From an uncultured Christensenellaceae bacterium (GTDB lineage Bacteria > Bacillota > Clostridia > Christensenellales > UBA3700): a stretch of 64,000 bases of DNA. The position numbers were made by a program, and so were the translations under genes. Below the pieces are notes generated by a model. The model did not search any database, was not told the origin of the DNA, and was given only the letters and a program-made list of their open reading frames with translations. Where the stretch lies: NCBI GenBank assembly GCA_944380295.1, contig CALWHE010000006.1, positions 11,670 through 75,669 on the forward strand, in the 5' to 3' direction. Each line of letters starts with the position of its first letter. Within the stretch, counting starts at the first letter, position 1. Below, piece after piece: positions 54,420-62,537 of the stretch.

Positions 54420-55190
54420 AAATGTAAAATACGAATTATGTCCTGCGCGTCGGCTGTTTCGGACGGTGGCAGCGTGACGCTGCACCCTTGATATGCTTCG
54501 CAGCAGCGTGACGCTGCACCCTTTATATGCTTCTCAGCAGCGTGACGCTGCACCCTTTATATGCTTCTCAGTGCCGGAACCGTCGGTTATCGAGGCTCTT
54601 CGCACTGGTATTTGTCGGGTATATGATGATACTAATGGCGGGCAGGCGCTGTTAAGGGCGCGCGGCTGTATCGACTTTCTGTCGCTCTTACTATGTTTAT
54701 AACATTTAATTTGATGTGCCCACAGCACCGCAACGTCCGCGATGCGCCGTGCTATGCACGGCAGTATGAGCGGGCATTTCACGTGCCCTCTCGTCGCTTG
54801 CGGTTTGAGGGCACATTTCACGTTTTTGCCAACTCGTTGGCAAAAACATTTCACTTTTGCGCGGTTGTCATATTTCATGTGTTTGTTTATGATGACAATT
54901 ATGCCGGACAGACGTCTATAAGGGTGCGCAGAAGGGCGATGGATTTGCGTGCAGGTTTGGACGGCGGGGACGCGGCAATACTTGCCCGGTTTATAACGAT
55001 ACGCTGTTTCCAATAACTATTAATGCCGGGCAGGCGCTGTTAAGGACATGCGGGAGGGCGATGGATTTGCGTGCAGGTTTGGACGGCGGGGACGCAGGTA
55101 ATACTCTTGCGGTATTATCAAGTCCCCGCCGTTCAAAGATGTGCGTAAAGCCGCGCCCTACCGCGTGCCCTTAACAGCGCCTGTCCGGCA
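54420..55190 (+). repeat. Mosaic repeat region between ppdK and recO; overlaps the recO 3' end
   Basis: Three tandem P2 units at 54469..54571. Truncated cassette with ATTTCAC at about 54775, 54815 and 54850. Half E copy from 54904. Variant E copy at 55026..55189. Confidence 0.9.
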
Positions 55191-55725
55191 ACGACAAAAA
55201 ACCTTTGAGCGATGTGAGCACCACGTCTGTTTTCTTAAATAAAAAATTGCCCAGATCGCGCAATTTTCCCGCCGGGCGCGCATAGCCGGCGGCGGCGAGG
55301 GCGGAGAGCAGAAAATCGCAGAGCACCTCTTCTTCCGCTTTCTGCGAATAAGCCAGGTCGCGCAGGCAGTTGAGGCTCGCCAAAAAAAGCGCGCCGTTGA
55401 ACTCCCCTTCCGGCTGGGTCTTTTCCAAAAATTCCAGCACGGTGCAGGCGGCGTAAAACTTGCGCATATCGGCGGTGAGGGAGAAAAAATTATCGTAAAC
55501 GTCGCAAGCGGTAACGGTGGCTTTGTCCCCCTTTACCGCCAGCACATATTTGGCGAAAGTCAGCGGAGAAGCGGCGTAACGCAACTTGCTTTTGGCGCTC
55601 CTTGCCGCGCGCACCTTGGCGCTTATCTTGCCGCGCTTATCGGCGTATATAGTAATGATATTGTCGCTTTCGCCGTAAGCCACGCTCTTTATACACAAGC
55701 CGTCCAAGGTGAGTATTTCGTTCAT
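55171..55725 (-). CDS. recO: DNA repair protein RecO, short (184 aa)
   Basis: N-terminal OB-fold pattern (L.G..I....YGESD.I..I....G) and position after era-yqzL. Its last 6 codons (LPDRRC) and stop lie in a repeat arm. Confidence 0.8.
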   Translation of the reverse strand: MNEILTLDGLCIKSVAYGESDNIITIYADKRGKISAKVRAARSAKSKLRYAASPLTFAKYVLAVKGDKATVTACDVYDNFFSLTADMRKFYAACTVLEFLEKTQPEGEFNGALFLASLNCLRDLAYSQKAEEEVLCDFLLSALAAAGYARPAGKLRDLGNFLFKKTDVVLTSLKGFLSLPDRRC

Positions 55726-55823
55726 TTTCCTTTGCTCTTTACGATAGATCTATACAGCAGATAGTATTTGATGTCGCCCGTGGCGGCAAACAGCCGCCAG
55801 AGGGTGTCTGTGCTTTTTTCCAT
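55722..55823 (-). CDS. yqzL: YqzL-like small protein (33 aa)
   Basis: MEKSTDTLWRLFAATGDIKYYLLYRSIVKSKGK has the W..F..TG.I..YLLY core of the YqzL family. Conserved position between era and recO. ATGA overlap with the recO start. Not in the ORF track because it is under 60 aa. Confidence 0.65.
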   Translation of the reverse strand: MEKSTDTLWRLFAATGDIKYYLLYRSIVKSKGK

Positions 55824-55892
55824 ACTCGCCTCCTTGGGCAGTATGCGCAAAGCGCGGCTTTTTATTTGCCTTTTTCCGAAAAACGCCGGCGC

Positions 55893-56783
55893 TTATTTTT
55901 GTCCGGGGTCGTAGCCCAGGCGGCGCATCACGGCGGGATCGTCCCGCCAGTCGGGCTTCACGCGCACCCACAGGGTGAGGAACACCTTGCCGCCCGTCAG
56001 CCTTTCCAGCTCAAAACGCGCGTCCGTGCCTATTTTTTTCAGCATCGCCCCGCCCTTGCCGATGATCATGGGCTTGTGCGCTTTTTTCTCGCACACCACG
56101 TCCGCGTCTATCTCCGTCACGCCGTTTTCTTTGACCTCATACTTATTGATGTTCACGCCCACGCCGTAAGGCACCTCGTCGGAGAGGTTGTAGAGCGCCT
56201 TTTCCCTGATGATCTCCGCCGCCATGTAACGCAGCGATCTGTCTGTGTAAGCGTCCTCGTCAAAGTAAGGCTGCCCTTGCGGCAAAAACTTTAATATCTC
56301 CTCTTTGAGCATGTCCAAATTTTTGCCCGTGCGCGCGGAAACGGGAATCACCGCGTCTATGCCTTTCACGTCTTTGAAGGCGGCGATGCGCTGCGGAATG
56401 AGCGCCTCGTCCACCACGTCGCACTTGTTTACCACCAGGATAAAGGGCGTTTTTGCCGCCGCAAACGCCTTGATGCGCTCCTCGTCGTATTTGTCCGGCT
56501 GCTTGTCGCACGCCAGCAGATAGAGCACCGCGTCCGCCCCTTCCGGCGCGCCTTCCGCTTCCTTCATCATATATTGCGAAAGCGCGTTTTTTGCCCTGTG
56601 CAGACCGGGGGTGTCTATGAACACGGCTTGATAACCCTCCCCGTTCAGAATGCCGAAAATGCGGTCGCGCGTGGTCTGCGGCTTGTGGGAAACGATGGAT
56701 ACCTTTTCCCCCACCAAAGAATTGACCAGCGTGGATTTGCCCGCGTTTGCCTTGCCCGTTACGGCGATAAAACCGCTTTTCAT
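55893..56783 (-). CDS. era: GTPase Era
   Basis: G1 GKANAGKST, DTPG, NKCD, C-terminal KH domain. Confidence 0.96.
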   Translation of the reverse strand: MKSGFIAVTGKANAGKSTLVNSLVGEKVSIVSHKPQTTRDRIFGILNGEGYQAVFIDTPGLHRAKNALSQYMMKEAEGAPEGADAVLYLLACDKQPDKYDEERIKAFAAAKTPFILVVNKCDVVDEALIPQRIAAFKDVKGIDAVIPVSARTGKNLDMLKEEILKFLPQGQPYFDEDAYTDRSLRYMAAEIIREKALYNLSDEVPYGVGVNINKYEVKENGVTEIDADVVCEKKAHKPMIIGKGGAMLKKIGTDARFELERLTGGKVFLTLWVRVKPDWRDDPAVMRRLGYDPGQK

Positions 56784-57292
56784 CTGTTCAGACCCGCCCT
56801 TGCAAGTATTTTTTCCTCTTTTTCACGCATCAGCCGCTTGTCCTCTTCCCGCTCGTGATCGTAACCGAAGAGGTGCAGCAGCCCGTGCACGAACAAATAT
56901 CCCGCCTCTCTCTGCACGCCGTGTCCGTATTCCTTTGCCTGCGCGCCGCACACGCTCATGCAGATGACGATGTCGCCCAACTGATAAAGTCCGGCGGCGG
57001 GATCGAACAAAAATTTGTCCGCGTCCCTGTCTGCCGGCAGCTGCGGCGCCGCATATTCCCGCGCGGGAAAACTGAGCACGTCCGTCACCCTGTTTATGCC
57101 GCGCTCGCTCTCGTTCAGCCGCCTGATCTGTTCCCTGCTCACCAGCTGCGCGTCCACGCGGAACGCCGGCTGCTCGCCCAGCTCTTTGCAGGCGAGCAAA
57201 AACAGCTCCTCAAAAAAGCCCGCGTCCGTTTTATGCACGCCTCTCATGCAACGCACAAACACATGCGCGGCATTTTTCACTTTTCTTTCCAT
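56780..57292 (-). CDS. ybeY: rRNA maturation endoribonuclease YbeY
   Basis: HGLLHLFGYDH zinc motif. ATGA overlap with era. Confidence 0.93.
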   Translation of the reverse strand: MERKVKNAAHVFVRCMRGVHKTDAGFFEELFLLACKELGEQPAFRVDAQLVSREQIRRLNESERGINRVTDVLSFPAREYAAPQLPADRDADKFLFDPAAGLYQLGDIVICMSVCGAQAKEYGHGVQREAGYLFVHGLLHLFGYDHEREEDKRLMREKEEKILARAGLNR

Positions 57293-58737
57293 CAGCGTTC
57301 TTCCTTGGCTTTGGCGTAATCTATGCGCTTGTGCAGCATGCCGGGAATGACTTTGACAATGGTGTTTTTGATCTTGTCCAGCTCTTTGATGGTGATGTCC
57401 ACGTTGTCGAACTGCCCGTCGTCCATCTTGTCTTTGATCACCTTGGCAACGGTGGCTTCCAGCGCTTCACGGCTCTCCGGACTGACGGCGCGCGTCATGG
57501 ATTCGCAGATGTCGCAGATCATGATGATCACGGAATATTTGCTGGTGGGCGTGGGGCAGTCGTAACGGAAATCCGCAATGTTCACGCTGCCGCCCAAGCC
57601 CTTGGCTTTGGTGTAAAAGAACATGATGGGCGAATCGCCGTGATGTTCCAGCGCCGCGTTGCACACCTCGTCCGGGAAGCGCATCTTGCGCAGCTGTTCA
57701 AAGCCGTCGCGGGTGTGGCGGCGTATCTTTGCCACGCTCACTTCCGGGATCAGGTCGTCGTGCGGGTTGTAATCCGTCTGGTTTTCGCTGAAATAGAGCG
57801 GATCGTTCATCTTGCCCACGTCGTGATAATAAGCGCACGCCCTTGCCATATAAGGATCGAGGTCTATGGCGATGGCGCAGCTTTCCGCCAGGTTGGCAAC
57901 GGTCAGGGAGTGGTTGAAGGTGCCGGGCGCTTCCTCGCTCATCTTGCGCAGCACGGGCTGGTTCAAGCCGCACACTTCCGCCAGTTTGAAGTCCGTCCAG
58001 ATGCGGGAGAAATATTCGTAAACGGGCAAGATCGCCGTGAAGACGCACACCGCCACCACGTTGCCGATGACGCCCAAGGCGTAACCGCCCAAAAAGTTGC
58101 GCGCCGTCCAGCCGTCCAAAAGCGACATCACCGCGCCGATGAGCGCCGTGCCCAAAGACACCGCAATGGCGCCCCAGGTCAGCGAGAAGCGGTTATAACG
58201 CCTGTTGATCACGAACAGCATGAAAAAGGCGGTCACAAAGTCCGCCACCGCGGACATGGCAAAACTGAGTCCGAACTCCCCGGGCAGATAAAAATAGACG
58301 GGCGGCGCTATGCACACCGCGGAAGCCACGGCGGAGAGAAGTCCGCAATAAAGCCCCGCGCGCGGAGAAACAAGCACGCCCGTGAGCAGCACGGTAAAGG
58401 CGATGGGCGTGGCGTAAGGGCTGATCCAAGCCGCCATGGCGCAATTTATCCACACGGTGAGGGCGATGGTGGGAAAAGTTATCAGCTGCGCTTTGACCCA
58501 GGTGCAGCCGCAGGTAAAGCCCTTCTCCCCCATCAGATAAATGGTCATGGTGATAAAAAGCGCATACATCACCAAAAACGCGGGCACAAAGGCGAAGTAT
58601 ATCTTCTCCACCCCGAACACACCGATCGTGTTCAGCATCAGCGCGTAGGCAAAGTATGTCAGCACGAACGCCGCCGGCAGCAGAGCCGCCGCAGAGATGA
58701 GCCCGCGCTTTATTCTGAGTTTTTTGTCCGAGTCCAT
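57292..58737 (-). CDS. pgpH: 7TM-HD phosphohydrolase (PgpH/YqfF-like) lacking the large N-terminal extracellular domain
   Basis: Seven or more TM helices followed by an HD domain (HSL.VA.L, YYHDVGK, HH). Position between yqfD and ybeY as in Bacillus. Confidence 0.85.
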   Translation of the reverse strand: MDSDKKLRIKRGLISAAALLPAAFVLTYFAYALMLNTIGVFGVEKIYFAFVPAFLVMYALFITMTIYLMGEKGFTCGCTWVKAQLITFPTIALTVWINCAMAAWISPYATPIAFTVLLTGVLVSPRAGLYCGLLSAVASAVCIAPPVYFYLPGEFGLSFAMSAVADFVTAFFMLFVINRRYNRFSLTWGAIAVSLGTALIGAVMSLLDGWTARNFLGGYALGVIGNVVAVCVFTAILPVYEYFSRIWTDFKLAEVCGLNQPVLRKMSEEAPGTFNHSLTVANLAESCAIAIDLDPYMARACAYYHDVGKMNDPLYFSENQTDYNPHDDLIPEVSVAKIRRHTRDGFEQLRKMRFPDEVCNAALEHHGDSPIMFFYTKAKGLGGSVNIADFRYDCPTPTSKYSVIIMICDICESMTRAVSPESREALEATVAKVIKDKMDDGQFDNVDITIKELDKIKNTIVKVIPGMLHKRIDYAKAKEER

Positions 58738-58786
58738 AATCTCTCCTTGGATAAAACGCGCCCGCGCGCACTGCGCGAAAAAAGAC

Positions 58787-59911
58787 TTACGCGGCGCGCG
58801 TTATATCTTTTATCACTTCATAGTATATATCCAAGGCATAGTGATTGTCCAGTCTTTTTACGTTTTTATAAGTATTAAGCACCTTTTCGCCCGCGATGAG
58901 CGGCGCCAGCTCCGCCTCGCGCAGGAGCATGCCCGCGGCGATATCTCTCTCGTCAAGCTCGTATATCTCCGCCCGCGTCCGATAATAAGTGACGCGGGTG
59001 AGCGAAAAAGCGGGCAAACCGCAAAACACGCTCACGCTCTCCTCCCGCTCGAAAAACTCAAAGCCGCACTCCCCCTCTCCGCCTATCGTCACGCCGCAGA
59101 TCTCCACCCGCGTGAAGGTCACGCTCTCGCCCGTGCGCACGTAGCGCGTCTGCCGCGCGGGCAGCACGCTCCTGCCGCCCACAAACACGCGCGCCTTCAC
59201 CTCTCCCGCCGCCGCGCACGCTTCATATATGTCTTCCCCCTTTTCGTCCTGACCGATCACCCGCCTGCCCGAGATGAGCAGATCGCCCTTTTTCACCGCG
59301 TCGCCCGGTTGCACTTCCGCCGTGCCGGAAAACACCGCCACGCTCTCCACGATCCCGTCCGCGCCCGCATAAACATTCTCCCGCTCCTGCGGCTTTTGCG
59401 GCTCGGCGTGCTGCATGACCATGTTCACGCGCACGCCGCAGCCGCACACCTTCACCGATACGAACGCCAGCTGCGGCACGGCTTGATAAAGCCGCTCTTC
59501 AAGCTCCTCTTCTTCCACTCCGCTTTTGAGCCGCGGAAAGCCCTCTTCTTCCATGATTTGCATTGCTAAGGTCTGCGCCGATTCATCTCCGCCCTCTATC
59601 TGCGCAAAAAACACAAAGCGCGAACATATCACGGCAGCCGCCAGACACAGCGCCGCCGCAAACAGCGCGCCCGCCCGGGCGCGCAGCGTTTTTTTCAGCC
59701 GTGCCGTGCCGCCCGCGCGGCGCAACACGCCGTCCACGCCCTTGGCGCGCAGCGCCTGCAAGGCGCGCGTTTCTTCCTTTGCCGGCACAAAAAAGCAATA
59801 TTCCTCTCCCCTGACCCTGCCGCCGCTCACGCGCACGCGTGCGGCAAAAAGCACGTTCACGGCACGCGCCGTCTGCGCCTTGGGGCAGGAGAGCAGACTT
59901 TTTATTCCCAT
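58787..59911 (-). CDS. yqfD: Sporulation protein YqfD
   Basis: YqfD layout: N-terminal domain, one TM, then a C-terminal domain with V.PGD.V.KGDLLISG. Follows yqfC with a 10-nt overlap. Start trimmed to ATG 59911. Confidence 0.8.
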   Translation of the reverse strand: MGIKSLLSCPKAQTARAVNVLFAARVRVSGGRVRGEEYCFFVPAKEETRALQALRAKGVDGVLRRAGGTARLKKTLRARAGALFAAALCLAAAVICSRFVFFAQIEGGDESAQTLAMQIMEEEGFPRLKSGVEEEELEERLYQAVPQLAFVSVKVCGCGVRVNMVMQHAEPQKPQERENVYAGADGIVESVAVFSGTAEVQPGDAVKKGDLLISGRRVIGQDEKGEDIYEACAAAGEVKARVFVGGRSVLPARQTRYVRTGESVTFTRVEICGVTIGGEGECGFEFFEREESVSVFCGLPAFSLTRVTYYRTRAEIYELDERDIAAGMLLREAELAPLIAGEKVLNTYKNVKRLDNHYALDIYYEVIKDITRAA

Positions 59912-60159
59912 CGCACGCACTCCACCCTGCCGCGCAGCACCAACTGTCCGGGCGCGCTCTCGCTCACCGTCAGCTCGCCGCCCTCTATCACCGCCTTGCC
60001 GCCCTTGACGCGCACTTTCACGCATTGCGGAGAATAATAATAAAGCCCCTGCCCGCCTTCCACCACCGCGCCCGCGGCGGGATATACGCACACCCGGCAG
60101 ACAACGCCGCCATCGGCGCGCATGCCCAAAAGCTGAGCCGTTTCCTCCCAAAAAGACAT
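59902..60159 (-). CDS. yqfC: Sporulation protein YqfC
   Basis: 85 aa, with typical ..I.V.....I.G..L.I.......L.I.G.I YabP/YqfC-like beta repeats. GGAGGG RBS. The upstream 87 codons of the listed ORF are repeat sequence. Confidence 0.75.
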   Translation of the reverse strand: MSFWEETAQLLGMRADGGVVCRVCVYPAAGAVVEGGQGLYYYSPQCVKVRVKGGKAVIEGGELTVSESAPGQLVLRGRVECVRWE

Positions 60160-60179
60160 AAAAAAACCCTCCGCAAAAG

Positions 60180-60995
60180 CATATGCGGAAGGGGAAAAGG
60201 TTATGTCCTGCGGCAGCGTGACGCTGCACCCTTTATGTCCTGCGCAAGGGCGCAATGAGCGATAAGCGAAAGTATGCGCCCTTGCTCCGGACGTGAAATT
60301 TTTGCGCGGACAGCGTGCCGCTGCACCCCGATATACTCCGTAGCTGCAAAAAAGCAACCACTCAACACAACACTTCGCACATATATGATATTGCGATAAG
60401 CGAACATAACTTCCGCGCAAAAGCGATATGTCGGCTGCGCCGACGCGATATGTCCTGCGCCGCCAAACAAAAGCGAAAAGCGATAAAAATGTTTGGCGGC
60501 TTCGGACGCGATATATTTTGCCGTAACAAACGTATTGAGTAACCGCACTGTATCGAACTGCAAAATGTAAAGGCTGCCTGCGGCGCTGTTTGAAATTGCA
60601 AAGGCAGCGTGGCGCTGCACCCCTTATGCGCTTCGCAGCAATGTAAAATACCGATAAGCGTTACTCTTCGCAACAACAATATGTGATTTGCGGCAAAATG
60701 CCGCAAGATACCGCCGCATTTTGCCGTTTGGCACATCTTATGTGTTTGTTTATGATGGTAATTATGCTGGACAGATGTCTATAAGGGTGCGCGGAAGGGC
60801 GATGGATTTGCGTGCGGATTTGGACAAAGGTGCCGCAGGCAATACTTGTTGTATTGTCAAGGCGCATTTGTGCAAAGGCGTGCGTAAAGACGCGCCCTGC
60901 TGCGTGCCCGCATAGCGTCTGTCCGGCAGAGAAAAATATCGCGTCCAGAGCAAGGGCGCACAAGTTCGCTTATCGCTCATTGCGCCCTTGCGCAG
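60180..60995. repeat. Mosaic repeat region between dnaB and yqfC, with mixed orientations
   Basis: P2 at about 60210, 60310 and 60600. Minus-oriented H4 and H3 modules with GCGATAT-type heptamers at 60222..60530. Plus-oriented E (60767..60926) and H4 (about 60940..60992) ending 10 nt before the dnaB stop. Confidence 0.9.
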
Positions 60996-61002
60996 GACAC
61001 TC

Positions 61003-62517
61003 TCACTCTTCCACCGGCGGCAGTTCGTCCATCACGTCCGGCAGGTTATCCTGTTCCGGGGGCACGTCCTCGTCGCTGTAAGTGACGGTATAGCTCTCTT
61101 CCGCGGCGACTTCCTGCTTTTTGGCGACCGTGGCGAAAGAGGAGCCGGGGTTATTGGTTTCCGTGAACTTCATCTTGTCGCCGTTAAAGATGAAGTTGAG
61201 CGTGCCGGTGGGACCGTTGCGGTGTTTTGCCACGATCAGCTGCACGTTTTTGACCGCCGTATCCACGTTATCCTTGGGACGGTGGATAAACATGACCACG
61301 TCCGCGTCCTGCTCTATCGCGCCCGATTCGCGCAGGTCGGAGAGCTTGGGCTCCACCGTCACGGCGGAGTCTTTATTGTCCTGTTCGCGCTTTTCCACGT
61401 CACGCGACATCTGCGAAAGCAGGATGACGGGCACGCCCAGCTCTTTGGCGATGACCTTCATGCCGCGGGAGATATCCGCCACTTCCTGTTGGCGGGAAGC
61501 ATTGCGCTTTTTGTCCTTCACGGTCATCAGCTGCAAGTAGTCCACCACCACCAGGTCCAGCCCGCCCATCTTCTTTTTCAGGGTGCGGCACTTGTGCAAA
61601 ATATCCTCGTGCGAGAGGTTGACCGTATCGTCCAGATAGAGATTGGAAGGCGCGAGATAATTGGACACGCTCCACATGCGCGTCCAATCGGCGCCGTCTT
61701 CCTGACCCTTGACGATCGTTTGCATGCCCACGTCGCTCATGTTGACCAGAATGCGCTGGGCAAGTTCCGTGGCGGACATTTCCAGGTTGAACACCGCCAC
61801 CACCTTTTTCTTGTCGTTTTTGAGGACGTTGCTCACCACGTTGAGCGCAAACGCCGTTTTACCAAGACCCGGTCTGGCGGCGACGATGATTATCTGACCG
61901 GGCAAAAAGCCGTTGAGCAGATTGTCCAGGTTGTTGAAGCCGGAGCGCAAGCCCTCCGCCCCTTTTTTGTGCGAAAACACGTCGTTGAGCCTGACCATGA
62001 GCTGCGCCATGGGCACGCTCACGTGTTGCAGATCGCCCTCCGCCGTCTGCGTGCCCAAATCGAAAAACTGCGCCTCGGCAAAGGCGCGCACGCTGTCCAC
62101 GTTATCGTCGCTGTAAGCGCGCTCCACAATGGCGTTGGCGCGGCGTATCATGGTGCGCAGCATGCCGTCGCGCTTGACGATGGAGAAATAATATTGCGCG
62201 TTGGCGGTGGAAGCGATGCTGTCCGTCAGCGCCTCGATGGCGCCGGCGCCGCCCACCGCGTCCAGCTCTCCCTTGCGGTTAAGCCTGCTCATCACGGCGA
62301 TGGCGTCCACGGAAGCGCCGCTCTCGCGGGCGAGTTCCGTTATCACTTTGAAGATCTTTTTATGCGCCACGGCATAAAAATCGTCCTCGCTCAGACCGGG
62401 GAGAAACTCCGAACACTTTTCGTTATCCAGCAGCATGGCGGCAAGCACCGCCTGTTCCGCCTCGTAACTGTTGGGCATCACGCGCAGGCTTACCCCTTCC
62501 GTTTTTTTCTCAGGCAT
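61003..62517 (-). CDS. dnaB: Replicative DNA helicase (DnaB family) with an acidic C-terminal tail of about 50 aa
   Basis: N-terminal DnaB domain and RecA-like core with Walker A ARPGLGKT. GGAGG RBS. Confidence 0.96.
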   Translation of the reverse strand: MPEKKTEGVSLRVMPNSYEAEQAVLAAMLLDNEKCSEFLPGLSEDDFYAVAHKKIFKVITELARESGASVDAIAVMSRLNRKGELDAVGGAGAIEALTDSIASTANAQYYFSIVKRDGMLRTMIRRANAIVERAYSDDNVDSVRAFAEAQFFDLGTQTAEGDLQHVSVPMAQLMVRLNDVFSHKKGAEGLRSGFNNLDNLLNGFLPGQIIIVAARPGLGKTAFALNVVSNVLKNDKKKVVAVFNLEMSATELAQRILVNMSDVGMQTIVKGQEDGADWTRMWSVSNYLAPSNLYLDDTVNLSHEDILHKCRTLKKKMGGLDLVVVDYLQLMTVKDKKRNASRQQEVADISRGMKVIAKELGVPVILLSQMSRDVEKREQDNKDSAVTVEPKLSDLRESGAIEQDADVVMFIHRPKDNVDTAVKNVQLIVAKHRNGPTGTLNFIFNGDKMKFTETNNPGSSFATVAKKQEVAAEESYTVTYSDEDVPPEQDNLPDVMDELPPVEE

Positions 62518-62537
62518 TGTTTACCTCCGTTTATATC

